DNA from: Novosphingobium sp.
Lineage (GTDB): Bacteria; Pseudomonadota; Alphaproteobacteria; Sphingomonadales; Sphingomonadaceae
Length of the DNA stretch: 64,000 nucleotides
NCBI GenBank assembly: GCA_031428495.1
Contig: JANPPM010000215.1
Coordinates: 640 to 64,639, forward strand
Direction of reading: 5' to 3'
Made by a program: the position numbers and the translations under genes. Each line of letters starts with the position of its first letter. Within the stretch, counting starts at the first letter, position 1. The notes beneath the pieces were generated by a model, which searched no databases, was not told where the DNA came from, and saw only the letters and a list, made by a program, of their open reading frames with translations. Of this stretch, positions 39,226 to 49,040 are shown piece after piece.

Positions 39226-39654
39226 ATGCCCTACACCGGCCCCGCCGAGGACCGTCTCGCCATCCGCGAATTGCTGGAAACCTATGCCGACGCCGTCACC
39301 CGATGCGATTCTGCTGCTTGGGGCGCGACCTGGGCAGAGGACGGGCTATGGTCTTTGCCCGACTACCCCGAACTGGGAGTAACCCGCGGGCGCAGCGCGA
39401 TCGTGGCCATGTGGGTCGAAGCGATGAAGGCTTATCCCGGCATCATGTTCGAGGCATGGCCCGGCTTGATCGAAGTCAACGGTGACCAGGCCGTGATGCG
39501 TAGCTACACCGCCGAAGTCTATGACCAGTATGGCGTGACCATGCGCGACCGAGGGGTTTACGATGACACCTGTGTCAAAGTTGACGGACGCTGGCTTTTC
39601 AGCAGCCGCACATTCCGCAACATCCACCGGCAGCACGCGCCCAAAGGCGTTTAA
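39226..39654 (+). CDS. NTF2/SnoaL-like protein
   Basis: EDRLAIRELLETYADA, W...WAEDG.W, G.Y.D..VK.DGRW.F..R; AGGAG RBS. Confidence 0.88.
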   Translation: MPYTGPAEDRLAIRELLETYADAVTRCDSAAWGATWAEDGLWSLPDYPELGVTRGRSAIVAMWVEAMKAYPGIMFEAWPGLIEVNGDQAVMRSYTAEVYDQYGVTMRDRGVYDDTCVKVDGRWLFSSRTFRNIHRQHAPKGV

Positions 39655-39662
39655 TCCCGGCC

Positions 39663-40673
39663 ATGACGACAAACCGCTTCTGGCAGCTTGACCACCATCC
39701 GCAGGGCCATAACTTTGCTTCAGCGCTTAGTCTGCAAAGCGAAGTCCTGCCTCCGCTGGCCGAAGGCGAGGTGCGGATCGCCGCGCGCTGGCTGTCGATG
39801 GATGCCGGAACCCGGATGTGGATGAGCCCGCGCAACGATGGTTATCAGCCGCCGCTGCCGCTGGGCAACCGGATGGTCGGGCTATGTCTGGGTGAAATCT
39901 GCGAGAGCCGCGACCCGCGCTTTGCCAAGGGCGCGCTGGTGCGCGGTTTCGGCCAATGGGCTGACTATTCCACTGTCGTGCCCGATACGGCTGGGCTTGA
40001 AGTGGTTGACGATAGCCTCAGTGATCTGCGCCAGCATTTTGGCGCGCTGGGAATGAACGCCTGGACAGCGCTGGTCGGCGTGCAGGAAGTGGCCCGGATC
40101 AAACCCGGCGAATGGCTTGTCGTTTCGGCCGCAGCAGGGGCCACCGGCAGCCTCGCCTGCCAAGTAGGTCGTAACCTTGGCGCCAACGTTATCGGTATCG
40201 CGGGCGACCCCGAAAAATGCCGGTTCCTGCGCGACGAAATTGGAGTCGACATCGCCATCGACTATCGCGGGCAGAACGTTGCCGAAGAGCTCGCCCGGAT
40301 CCAAGGCGGAGTTCACGCCTATTTCGACAATGTGGGCGGACCGATGCTTGATGCTGTCCTGCCCAACATGGCGCATTATGGCCGGGTCGCCATTTGCGGA
40401 ATGGTCGCGGCCTACGACCGCGATACCCCGCTGCCTGGCCCCGCCCGCTTCGATCAGGTTCTGATGCGGCGGCTGCGAATCGAAGGCTTCTTCATCCCGG
40501 ATTTCCTGCATAGAGGCGCGGAATTCATGCCGCAGCTGCGCCAGTGGCTGGACGATGGCCGCCTAGCCATGCGCTTTACCGAATTTTCGGAACTCGAAAA
40601 CGTGCTGGATGCCTATGGCGCGATGCTAACAGGACGCAGCACTGGCAAAGTGATTGTCAGGCTGGCGGCATAA
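39663..40673 (+). CDS. NADP-dependent oxidoreductase (PTGR1/CurA-like MDR ene-reductase)
   Basis: WLSMD...R.WM, VSAAAGATGS, YFDNVGG, GRVAICG, TGK. Confidence 0.9.
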   Translation: MTTNRFWQLDHHPQGHNFASALSLQSEVLPPLAEGEVRIAARWLSMDAGTRMWMSPRNDGYQPPLPLGNRMVGLCLGEICESRDPRFAKGALVRGFGQWADYSTVVPDTAGLEVVDDSLSDLRQHFGALGMNAWTALVGVQEVARIKPGEWLVVSAAAGATGSLACQVGRNLGANVIGIAGDPEKCRFLRDEIGVDIAIDYRGQNVAEELARIQGGVHAYFDNVGGPMLDAVLPNMAHYGRVAICGMVAAYDRDTPLPGPARFDQVLMRRLRIEGFFIPDFLHRGAEFMPQLRQWLDDGRLAMRFTEFSELENVLDAYGAMLTGRSTGKVIVRLAA

Positions 40674-40679
40674 TCCCGA

Positions 40680-41444
40680 TCAGCCGGTCACCATGCCGCC
40701 ATCGACCACGAATTCCGCCCCGGTAACATAGCTGGCCTCGTCGCTCGCCAAGAACAGGTTCATGTGGGCGACGTCTGCGGGCACGCCCATCCGGCCCATC
40801 GGAATCAACGCCAGGGTTGCGTCGTAATTGGCAGCGTTGTCTTCTGCCGCTGTGCCCTGGATGTTGGTCATGATCATGCCGGGATGGACCGAATTGACCC
40901 GGATATTGTCGCCTGCGCATTCGAGGGCAATCGTCTTGCTCATGACCCGCACGGCGCCCTTGGCCGCGGCATAGGCAGTGCATCCCGGCACTCCGACAAG
41001 GCCCACGACAGACGATATATTGATAATCGAGCCGCCGTTTCCTGCCGCGCGCATCGCTGCGACCGCCCGCTTGCAACCAAAGAACACACTGTCCAGATTG
41101 ACGTTCAGCTGGCGGCGCCAATCATCGGTACTTACCGTCTCCAGCATGCCCAGCACCGCGATACCGGCATTGTTGACCAGCACATCAAGCCGCCCCTGTT
41201 CATCGTGAATGCGCGCCATGACCCTGTCCCAATCGGTCTCGCTGGTAACATCGTGCGCCAGCGCATTGGCATTGCCGCCTGCGTCGCGGATAGCCCGTGC
41301 AACGGCTTCGGCTCCCGCATGGTCGCGATCCGTTATATAAAGGATCGCGCCTTCATCGGCAAAACGACGCGCAGTCGCACTGCCCAGCCCCGGAACCGAA
41401 GCACCGCCAGTTACTAGCGCGATCTTTCCTGCAAGACGGCCCAT
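40680..41444 (-). CDS. SDR oxidoreductase
   Basis: TGGASVPGLG, NNAGI, YAAAK, NSVHPG, TGAEFVVDGG. Confidence 0.92.
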   Translation of the reverse strand: MGRLAGKIALVTGGASVPGLGSATARRFADEGAILYITDRDHAGAEAVARAIRDAGGNANALAHDVTSETDWDRVMARIHDEQGRLDVLVNNAGIAVLGMLETVSTDDWRRQLNVNLDSVFFGCKRAVAAMRAAGNGGSIINISSVVGLVGVPGCTAYAAAKGAVRVMSKTIALECAGDNIRVNSVHPGMIMTNIQGTAAEDNAANYDATLALIPMGRMGVPADVAHMNLFLASDEASYVTGAEFVVDGGMVTG

Positions 41445-41456
41445 GTCAGATTCCTC

Positions 41457-41496
41457 AAAAAAGGTCGGGGGCACAAGCATAGTGCCTGCGCCCCCG
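41457..41496 (-). terminator. Probable intrinsic terminator after the TonB receptor
   Basis: Imperfect hairpin CGGGGGC...GCCCCCG followed on the minus strand by ACCTTTTTT. Confidence 0.7.
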
Positions 41497-41526
41497 CTAG
41501 GCTGGAGAGTTAGTGTTGCGCGACGA

Positions 41527-43812
41527 TCAGAACTTCACGCCGATCATCGCACCGAAAGTGCGCGGCTCCAGCGTTGATCCGAAGGACCAAAGGCCAGCGA
41601 CAGTGAACGCCGCCGTGGTGGTCCGCACATCAGCCAGATTCCGTCCGAACACGGTAAAATAGGCGTCAGCCCCGCCAAGGTTGAACTCCGTCCGAACACT
41701 GGCGTCGATCAAATCCTGCGTCTTGGTGCGCACGCGGGCGTCATTGCCGGCGTAGATCGTCGTAATGCCAGACAAGGTGCTGGGGCCATTCGAGATCTGC
41801 TGATCGTAGGGGCTGATGTGGCGCAGTCCAAGATTGCCGATGACCTTACCAAATGATGTCAGCGCGGTATATTCTGCACTGAGTGAACCACTGAACTTCG
41901 GCGCGTAAATCAAGTTGTTCGCGGTATAATTGGCAAAGGCTGTCGCAACCCGCGCAGCATTGAAGGCCGTGGCGATGACGTAGTTATTGAAGTGCGAGTC
42001 CGTCAGAGCTGCGGAAGCTGAAAGCTTCAGTCCTTCAATCGGTTTGAATGATCCCTCGAATTCGATGCCCTTGATGGTTGCACCGCCGCTGACATTACCG
42101 GTCACCGTTTGGTTGCCGGTGGCGCAGGTGCAGGGCACGGTCAGGTTTTGCTGCATATCTTTGTAGCGCGAGATAAAACCGGCAATGTTGAATGTCAGCC
42201 TGCGATCCATAGCAGAGAGTTTTGCGCCAATTTCATAGGCGTCGACCGTCTCAGGCTGGAATGCCGTGCTGGCATAGGTCGCGTCTCCCGCGCGCGGGCT
42301 GAACCCTCCCGAACGATAGCCCCGCGACCATGAGGCATAGAGCATGGTATCGCTGTTTGGCCGCCAGTCGATCCCAACCTTGGGGGTGAACTTGCTGAAA
42401 CTCGCGTCACCCGATCCGACCGGCGCAAAGGTTGTATTGCGGCCGCCGACAACTGTAAAAAACCCGTTGTCGAGCTTTTTGTTGTCATGCGACCAGCGGC
42501 CACCGATGTTCAGACGGAAGTTTTCGGCAAACGCCCAGTTGATGTCACCAAACACGGCGTAGTTCTGGTGCGCGCCGTTCACGATCTGCTCGCCAGGTGC
42601 AACGCTGCTTGGATTTGTCGTCGCAAAGAGCGCGGGCGCCGGGTTTGCGCCGCCGCCAACGGCAGTCCATTGGGTAAGTTTATACTTTGCGTCGAAGAAA
42701 ATGCCTCCGACGACGAAATCAATCTGATCGCCCAGTTTGCCTGCGACGCGCAGTTCTTGGCTCCATTGGGTATAGGTCTGTTCTCGCCGGGCATAGTAAA
42801 AGCCGGAAGTGCCAAAATCTTGGGTTTGCTGTTCCGTGCTGTGCCGCCAGCCCGTAATCGCAGTCAGCTTCACCGCGCCCACATCGGCATTCATGGTCAA
42901 GGTTGCAGCGGGCGCGCGATAACGGCTGAACGTCGGAGCGTTGGCCACCTGAAGCAGGTTGGCTGGAACGGGAATAAGGCCCGCAAATGCCTCAGTTGCA
43001 TTGGTCAGACTGACATTCACAGGTTCGAACGACTGGACAACGTTTTCGACTGTCAACTGGGCATCAAAAGCCGATCCATCCGGCTTGAACAGCAGCGAGC
43101 CGCCATAGGCGTCAGACTTGCCGCCGCCGGCGTTACGCTTGTAAATCGTGTTGTAGTAATAGCCGTCGCTCTCGTTGTGGAAGTACCAGCCCTTGACGCC
43201 CCACGTGCTGCCGTTGCCATAATTGAGGATGGCTTTGCCGCTCCAGGTGTTAAACTTGCCATAGGCGAATTCAACCTTGCCGCCTGGCTCCATGGTCGGT
43301 TTGGTGCGATTGATGAGGATCACGCCGCCGATGGTGTTTGCCCCGAACAAAGTGCCTTGAGGTCCGCGCAGAACTTCGATCTGACCGATATCAAATACGT
43401 CTTGCAGCTGGCCCGTGTTGGTGCCGATGGTAACGCCATCGACGACAACGCCAACTGTCGGCGTTTGCGACTTTTCAATGTCAGCGTAGGTCAGGCCACG
43501 GATCGACAGGTTGGCCGCCTGCGCACCAGAGTTCTGCTGGGTGATCAACAGGCCAGGAGCAGCACCTTGCAGATCTGCGATACTGGTAGAAGCCTTGTTT
43601 TCCAGCATCGAGGTATTGATGGCGGTGATCGCCACTGGCGTGCTCTGCAGCGTCTCATCGCGGCGTCGGGCCGTAACGATGATTTCGCCGGCACCGATGG
43701 CTGACTCAGCACTGGCCTCAGCGTCTTGCGCCAAAGCGGGTGCAGCAATGCCTGCCAGTGAAGTGGTGATGAGCGCAGCCAGTACGACCGGGCGCGCGAA
43801 AAATGCTCGCAT
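41527..43812 (-). CDS. TonB-dependent receptor
   Basis: Signal peptide, EIIVTARRR TonB-box region, IEVLRGPQGTLFG, C-terminal PRTFG..IGVKF. Confidence 0.95.
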   Translation of the reverse strand: MRAFFARPVVLAALITTSLAGIAAPALAQDAEASAESAIGAGEIIVTARRRDETLQSTPVAITAINTSMLENKASTSIADLQGAAPGLLITQQNSGAQAANLSIRGLTYADIEKSQTPTVGVVVDGVTIGTNTGQLQDVFDIGQIEVLRGPQGTLFGANTIGGVILINRTKPTMEPGGKVEFAYGKFNTWSGKAILNYGNGSTWGVKGWYFHNESDGYYYNTIYKRNAGGGKSDAYGGSLLFKPDGSAFDAQLTVENVVQSFEPVNVSLTNATEAFAGLIPVPANLLQVANAPTFSRYRAPAATLTMNADVGAVKLTAITGWRHSTEQQTQDFGTSGFYYARREQTYTQWSQELRVAGKLGDQIDFVVGGIFFDAKYKLTQWTAVGGGANPAPALFATTNPSSVAPGEQIVNGAHQNYAVFGDINWAFAENFRLNIGGRWSHDNKKLDNGFFTVVGGRNTTFAPVGSGDASFSKFTPKVGIDWRPNSDTMLYASWSRGYRSGGFSPRAGDATYASTAFQPETVDAYEIGAKLSAMDRRLTFNIAGFISRYKDMQQNLTVPCTCATGNQTVTGNVSGGATIKGIEFEGSFKPIEGLKLSASAALTDSHFNNYVIATAFNAARVATAFANYTANNLIYAPKFSGSLSAEYTALTSFGKVIGNLGLRHISPYDQQISNGPSTLSGITTIYAGNDARVRTKTQDLIDASVRTEFNLGGADAYFTVFGRNLADVRTTTAAFTVAGLWSFGSTLEPRTFGAMIGVKF

Positions 43813-43890
43813 TTGATCCCTCCCAAAGTCAGCATCATTTCATGGATGCCAGACGACATCTCTGTTTTTAGTCGCTTGGATTACCAGTCA

Positions 43891-43910
43891 TACTGGGATT
43901 TGTTACAGGT
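43891..43910 (-). promoter_or_regulatory. lux-box-like site ACCTGTAACAAATCCCAGTA
   Basis: CTG-N10-CAG; 14/20 identical to the site at 48961. Confidence 0.6.
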
Positions 43911-43959
43911 GCTTCCTGCCGGCAACTCGCCATTCATGAACCGTATCAGGAGAGTGAAA

Positions 43960-44973
43960 ATGCTCAAAAATCGGCGGTTTCTGCTTGCTCGTCGCCCGCA
44001 CGGCACCCCGGTGCCCGAAGATTTCAACTTTGTTGAAGAAACCATGGCTCAACCGGCTGCGGGCAACTTCATCGTTCGCAATCATTACATTTCCCTCGAC
44101 CCCGCCCAGCGCGGCTGGATGGACGACTCGCCAAGTTACATGCCCCCCATCGCCTTGGGCGAACCAGTACGGGCGACAACGGTCGGCGTAGTCCACGCCT
44201 CGGCAAATCCCGATTTTCAGCCCGGCGATTGGGTGATGGGGTTGAACGCAATGGAAGACTATTCGGTGGTTATGCCCGGCGGTTTTACCAACAAGATCGA
44301 TGTATCGGGCATCGCCAGTCCGGCGAGTTATCTCTCTGCCCTGGGCGCGGTTGGCCTGACTGCCTATTTCGGCTTGCTCGACACGGCCAAGCCGCAAGCC
44401 GGAGAAACCTTGCTTGTATCCGGCGCTGCTGGTGCAGTGGGCTCGGCCGTTGGCCAGATCGGCAAGATCAAGGGCTGCCGGGTGATCGGCATCGCTGGCG
44501 GCGCAGAAAAGTGCAGCAAACTGGTGAGCGATTTCGACTTCGATGTTGCCATCGATTACAAAGGCAAGTCGGTCGATCAGTTGTCCGCTGAAATTGCCAG
44601 TGCAGCACCAGACGGCGTGGACATCATCTTCGAAAATGTCGGCGGCGACGTGCTGGACGCGGAACTGATGAACATGGCGCTGCACGCCCGTGTCGTGCTG
44701 TGCGGCCTGATCAGCGAATACAATTCGCCCGAGAAGGTCGGCATTCGCAACCTGTGGCAAGTTCTGGTCAAGCAGGCGACCGTCCACGGCTTCCTGATCG
44801 CCGCCTATGTCGACCGTTTCGGCGAAGGCGGTGCGCAGATGGCTCAGTGGATGGCCGAGGGAAAGCTGCACATGAACGAGGACGTGCAAGAGGGGCTTGA
44901 GAACGCCTACGATGCCTTCATGCGCCTGTTCAGCGGGGCCAATACCGGCAAACTGGTGCTGAAAATCGCCTGA
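43960..44973 (+). CDS. NADP-dependent oxidoreductase (PTGR1/CurA-like)
   Basis: YISLDP..RGWM, GLTAYFGL, VSGAAGAVGS, FENVGG, GANTGK; AGGAG RBS. Confidence 0.92.
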   Translation: MLKNRRFLLARRPHGTPVPEDFNFVEETMAQPAAGNFIVRNHYISLDPAQRGWMDDSPSYMPPIALGEPVRATTVGVVHASANPDFQPGDWVMGLNAMEDYSVVMPGGFTNKIDVSGIASPASYLSALGAVGLTAYFGLLDTAKPQAGETLLVSGAAGAVGSAVGQIGKIKGCRVIGIAGGAEKCSKLVSDFDFDVAIDYKGKSVDQLSAEIASAAPDGVDIIFENVGGDVLDAELMNMALHARVVLCGLISEYNSPEKVGIRNLWQVLVKQATVHGFLIAAYVDRFGEGGAQMAQWMAEGKLHMNEDVQEGLENAYDAFMRLFSGANTGKLVLKIA

Positions 44974-45032
44974 TGATTGCTGGCGCCAAGCCCCGGCTCG
45001 TATGATCCGCCGGTAAGGCCGGGACTAAACAC

Positions 45033-45527
45033 CTAGACCGGCTTAATCATGTCACCGGGATGAATTTCCATGAGTTCAAAGACATTTCCGAAAAAATCCC
45101 GGCAGTAGGTAGCGCAGTAGCCGGTCTTGCTGCCATCGGGATGCACGGTGATTGCGGAATAGTCTGGGGCCGCATGGAAACGGATTCCTGCCGCGATCAT
45201 GCGCTGATAACACGCCATGATATCATCCACCTGCAAGGCAAAATGGGTATAGCCAAAATTATGGACGCCCCTGTCCGGGTCCTGCGGTGCGGACCTCGGA
45301 CTGTGATATTCGAACGCTTCGATATGGGTGTTGCCCAGGCGGCAGATGAACAGATCGGCAGCGCTATCGGGCAAACCGACGACGGCATCGATGAAGGGAT
45401 TATCACGCCAGCTGAACGGTGCGACCTCTTCTACCCCGCCCAGCAGGTCAATATAGAATTTGCGCGCCAGCGCCAGATCGGGAACCGAAACCCCGATGTG
45501 ATGCACACCCTGAATCCCGGTTCCCAC
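45033..45527 (-). CDS. VOC/glyoxalase family protein
   Basis: HHIGVSV.DL..A..FY..LLG, H.ALQVDD, Y.RD..GN..EL.E. Confidence 0.88.
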   Translation of the reverse strand: MGTGIQGVHHIGVSVPDLALARKFYIDLLGGVEEVAPFSWRDNPFIDAVVGLPDSAADLFICRLGNTHIEAFEYHSPRSAPQDPDRGVHNFGYTHFALQVDDIMACYQRMIAAGIRFHAAPDYSAITVHPDGSKTGYCATYCRDFFGNVFELMEIHPGDMIKPV

Positions 45528-45538
45528 GATCGCTGTCC

Positions 45539-46297
45539 TCAGAACTGAACGCGCTTGGTGTAGCCGCCATCGACCACGATATTGGTGCCCGTGGTGTATG
45601 ACGAAGCCGGGCTGGCGAGGAAGACGATGGATTTTGCCACTTCATCCGGGATGCCCCAGCGGCCCAGGGCAAAGCCTGCTTCGGTCGCCTGATACAGTTC
45701 AGGCGCCGCAGCCTTGATCGCTTCCCAGTTACCGCCGGGGAAGGCAATCGGCCCCGGCGAAACGGCATTGACGCGGATGCCCTTCGGCCCCAGCGCCTGA
45801 CCGAGCTGAGACGAATAGACCAGCAGCGCGCCCTTCAGCGCGTTAAAAGCTTGCGGGACTATGAAGTTTTCAAAGCCAGCAGTGCTCGACATGATGACAA
45901 TCGATCCGCTGCCGGATGCCGCCAGATAAGGCTCCAGCGTCTCGCAGCCGATGACCGTGCCTTTGATATCGGCGTTGAAGCAGGCGTCCCAATCGCCAGT
46001 CGCGCCCGAACCCGATGCGCTGGCGCCTGGCACGAAAATGTCGCAGCCTCCCAGACGGTCAGCAGCAGAAGTCAGCCATGCTGCATAGGCAGCGTGGTCG
46101 GTCATATCGAGCGCCTCGCCGATCACCTTGCCGCCGTGGCGCGAAAGCGATGCAGCTGTTTCCGCCACCTGCTCTGCATTGCGCGAAAAGAACGCGATAT
46201 CACAGCCTTCTGCGGCGAAGATTTCCAGTGCGGCACGGCCAATGCCGCGGCTGCCGCCGGTGAGGATAACCATTTTGCCTTTAAGTCCCAGATCCAT
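45539..46297 (-). CDS. SDR family protein (catalytic Tyr replaced by Phe)
   Basis: TGGSRGIG, FNALK in place of YxxxK, NAVSPG, TGTNIVVDGG. Confidence 0.88.
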   Translation of the reverse strand: MDLGLKGKMVILTGGSRGIGRAALEIFAAEGCDIAFFSRNAEQVAETAASLSRHGGKVIGEALDMTDHAAYAAWLTSAADRLGGCDIFVPGASASGSGATGDWDACFNADIKGTVIGCETLEPYLAASGSGSIVIMSSTAGFENFIVPQAFNALKGALLVYSSQLGQALGPKGIRVNAVSPGPIAFPGGNWEAIKAAAPELYQATEAGFALGRWGIPDEVAKSIVFLASPASSYTTGTNIVVDGGYTKRVQF

Positions 46298-46359
46298 GAT
46301 TCACTCCTCGCCCTTATCTTAGCTACCCATGCGTTCTTGCCACTTGCCGGTGCAGACAC

Positions 46360-46379
46360 CACTGCCATTTTAATCAGGA
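46360..46379 (+). promoter_or_regulatory. lux-box-like site CACTGCCATTTTAATCAGGA
   Basis: CTG-N10-CAG immediately followed by TTGCCA (-35-like). Confidence 0.45.
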
Positions 46380-46435
46380 TTGCCAACAATGGCGCCATGC
46401 TAGCTATCCCAAACGGATCGAGAGGGATGCAAACC

Positions 46436-47239
46436 ATGGGACGCTTAGCCGACAAGACCGCCATCATTCTTGGCGCCAGCAGCCCCGGCAACATGGGCCA
46501 GACCATCGCCGCGCGCTTTATGGCGGAAGGCGCGAAAGTTCTCGTGTCTGGCCGCAAGTCTGACGTGCTGGAAGCCTTTGCCGAGGAGACAGGCTGCGAA
46601 TGGGCCTGCTGCGACCTGACCGACGAAGCCAGTGTCACCGCACTGGCGGACACTGCTGCCGAAAAGCTTGGTGGCATCGACATTGCGCTGAATGCGACGG
46701 GCTGGGGGCTGCTCAAGCCGTTCCTTACAACCACCCACGAAGATGTGATGGTAATGACCGCCCTGCAACTGGTCGGGCCCTATCACTTCTATCAGGCGAT
46801 GGTGCGCAAGATGGCGCGCAGCTATGGCGGGCGCGGCGGGTCGATCATCCAGATCAGTTCGGCAACGGCGAAGATCATGCTCAACGATCACGCCATCTAC
46901 ATGGGCACCAAGGCGGGAACCGATCATATCATCCGCTGCATCGCGCATGAATTCGGCCTTGAGGGAATACGCGCCAATTCGATCTCGCCGGGCCTCACCG
47001 AAACGCCGATGACAGCGGACGCCAAGACCGTGCCCGGCCTGTTTGACGCGTTCCTTCACGGCTATCCGCTCGGCCGTATCGGGACATCGGACGATATCGC
47101 CGCCGCCGCCGCATTCCTTGCCAGTGAGGAATGCTTCATGACTGGCGAGAACCTGCAGGTGAATGGGGGGCTAACCTTGCGGCGCAATCCCACGCGCGAG
47201 GAATTGAATGCCAGCATCGCCAAGGCTGCGGCCGGATAA
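46436..47239 (+). CDS. SDR oxidoreductase
   Basis: ILGASSPGNMG, YMGTK, NSISPG, TGENLQVNGG; the ORF extension to 45851 is judged spurious. Confidence 0.9.
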   Translation: MGRLADKTAIILGASSPGNMGQTIAARFMAEGAKVLVSGRKSDVLEAFAEETGCEWACCDLTDEASVTALADTAAEKLGGIDIALNATGWGLLKPFLTTTHEDVMVMTALQLVGPYHFYQAMVRKMARSYGGRGGSIIQISSATAKIMLNDHAIYMGTKAGTDHIIRCIAHEFGLEGIRANSISPGLTETPMTADAKTVPGLFDAFLHGYPLGRIGTSDDIAAAAAFLASEECFMTGENLQVNGGLTLRRNPTREELNASIAKAAAG

Positions 47240-47247
47240 GGGCAGCC

Positions 47248-48891
47248 TCAGCCCCGAACAAGCCGCTTCGCAATCTCTGCGCGCAACAAATCCTTGCGCA
47301 CCTTGCCAGAAGCGGTGCGCGGAAAATCCGCAACGAATTCGAAGCGCTCGGGTATCTTCTGCTTGGCGAGACCAGCCGCTGCGACATGATCGGCCAGTGC
47401 TTTAGCATCCCCCGTCACGCCTTGCCGCAGGATGACAAAAGCACAAATGCCCTCACCCAAGCGCTCATGCGGCATGGCCACAACGCTTGCTTCGCGCACG
47501 GCTTCGTGTCCGTGCAGCACATCCTCGATCTCTTTGGCCGAAATATTCTCCCCGCCCCGGATGATCAGGTCCTTCTTGCGCCCAGTGATGGTTATCGCAC
47601 CTTGCGCGCTGCGCACGCCAAGATCGCCAGTGCGGAAGAAGCCATCGGCGGTAATCGCTTCGGCCGTCTGCGCTGCATCGGCATAGCCCAGCAGCATGGC
47701 CGGGCCGCGGGCGAGGATTTCCCCTTCCTGCCCGTCCGGTAGGTCGCGATCGTCAAGATCGACGATGCGCACCTGGTAGTCGATAATCTCGCCATCGGTG
47801 CTTGCCGCCAGCGCTTCGTCATGCGGCCAGCCAAAGCTGATCAGCGGCACTTCCGAAGCGCCGAACACGCGGAAGGCGCGGCAATTGGCAAAGGCTGCGT
47901 TGGCTGCCGGTATCAGGTCACCCGGCACTGCCGCGCCGCCACAGGCGAAGAAGCGGAACGACGGCAGGCGATTGCCGCTATCGCGCGCGGCGGCGGCCAG
48001 TTCGACCAGGAACGGCGTGGCAGCCACTGTGCCGACCAGTTGATGCCGTTCGATCAGCGCCACGGCTTCACGGGCATTCCAGCTTTCCATGAGCACCGTG
48101 CGCGTGCCGCAGACGAAGGGCGCCTCAAGCCCGTTGGCATAACCCGAAACATGCGTAACCGGCGAAGGCATCAGCGCGGCATCGCCTGCCAGCATCCCCC
48201 AGTGCTGCGCGCTGCGGCGCACGATATGTGCCAGCGTTACGTGGCTGTGCAATACGCCTTTGGGCCGCCCGGTTGTCCCCGATGTATAGAGCACCATCTT
48301 GACGCCAAGCGGATCAACCTGCGGGCGGGTGAAAGCCTGCCCCCTGCCCTCGGCCAGCAGCGCCGCATAAGTGTTATCGCCCAGGCCTTCTCCATCTCCG
48401 CGCAGTGTGAAGATGTGGGCAAGGTCTGGCAGACCAGCGCCAACCCGCTGCGCCATGGCAGCAAAGTCATAGCCCCGGAAACTGGCCGCGACAAAAAACG
48501 CCCGCGCCCGGCAATCGGCCAGCATCAGCGAAACTTCATGGTCCCGGTAGATCGGCACGATCGGATTGACGACAAACCCCGAAAGTGCCGCCGCCAGATT
48601 GATAACCGCCGCCTCGTGCCAGTTGGGCACCTGAAATGCCACGACATCGCCTGCCCGCAGGCCCCGGCCATGCAGAGCGGCAGACAACGCTTCGGCATCA
48701 CTGACAAGATCGGCCCGGGTGCGCTGCACTTCGCCATCGACCACGGCGACAAAGCCAGGGTCTACCGCTGCCAGGGCATAAGCCTGATCGGCGAGCGTCC
48801 GCTTATCCCACAGTCCGGCATCGGCATAAGCAGCCTGATGAGCAGCCGGCACAGTCAGCCAGGCCCAGGGCGGCGGAATCCTCTCTCTCAT
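47248..48891 (-). CDS. Acyl-CoA synthetase (AMP-binding; cyclohexanecarboxylate-CoA-ligase-like)
   Basis: YTSGTTGRPKG, FGASE, FRTGD, GRKKDLIIRGGENI, PRTASGK. Confidence 0.92.
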   Translation of the reverse strand: MRERIPPPWAWLTVPAAHQAAYADAGLWDKRTLADQAYALAAVDPGFVAVVDGEVQRTRADLVSDAEALSAALHGRGLRAGDVVAFQVPNWHEAAVINLAAALSGFVVNPIVPIYRDHEVSLMLADCRARAFFVAASFRGYDFAAMAQRVGAGLPDLAHIFTLRGDGEGLGDNTYAALLAEGRGQAFTRPQVDPLGVKMVLYTSGTTGRPKGVLHSHVTLAHIVRRSAQHWGMLAGDAALMPSPVTHVSGYANGLEAPFVCGTRTVLMESWNAREAVALIERHQLVGTVAATPFLVELAAAARDSGNRLPSFRFFACGGAAVPGDLIPAANAAFANCRAFRVFGASEVPLISFGWPHDEALAASTDGEIIDYQVRIVDLDDRDLPDGQEGEILARGPAMLLGYADAAQTAEAITADGFFRTGDLGVRSAQGAITITGRKKDLIIRGGENISAKEIEDVLHGHEAVREASVVAMPHERLGEGICAFVILRQGVTGDAKALADHVAAAGLAKQKIPERFEFVADFPRTASGKVRKDLLRAEIAKRLVRG

Positions 48892-48960
48892 TGCGGCTGG
48901 TTGCCCCTTAGACGATGGCTTGCATACTGGCGAAAAGACAAGCTGGTGGAACACCGTTGC

Positions 48961-48980
48961 ACCTGTCAACTATCCCAGCT
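48961..48980 (+). promoter_or_regulatory. lux-box-like site ACCTGTCAACTATCCCAGCT
   Basis: Resembles the V. fischeri lux box ACCTGTAGGATCGTACAGGT; overlaps TTGTCG; 60 nt upstream of a Rieske gene. Confidence 0.6.
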
Positions 48981-49040
48981 TGTCGCATCGGTCATCGGCT
49001 GCTGAAGTCCGCCGATAACTGATAATATCGGGAGAAGACC

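Noticed and set aside
45851-46435. N-terminal extension making a 462-aa SDR fusion (likewise the 59143-59490 extension of ThuA)
   Set aside because: The extensions overlap neighbouring genes; RBS and domain start point to 46436 and 59491.
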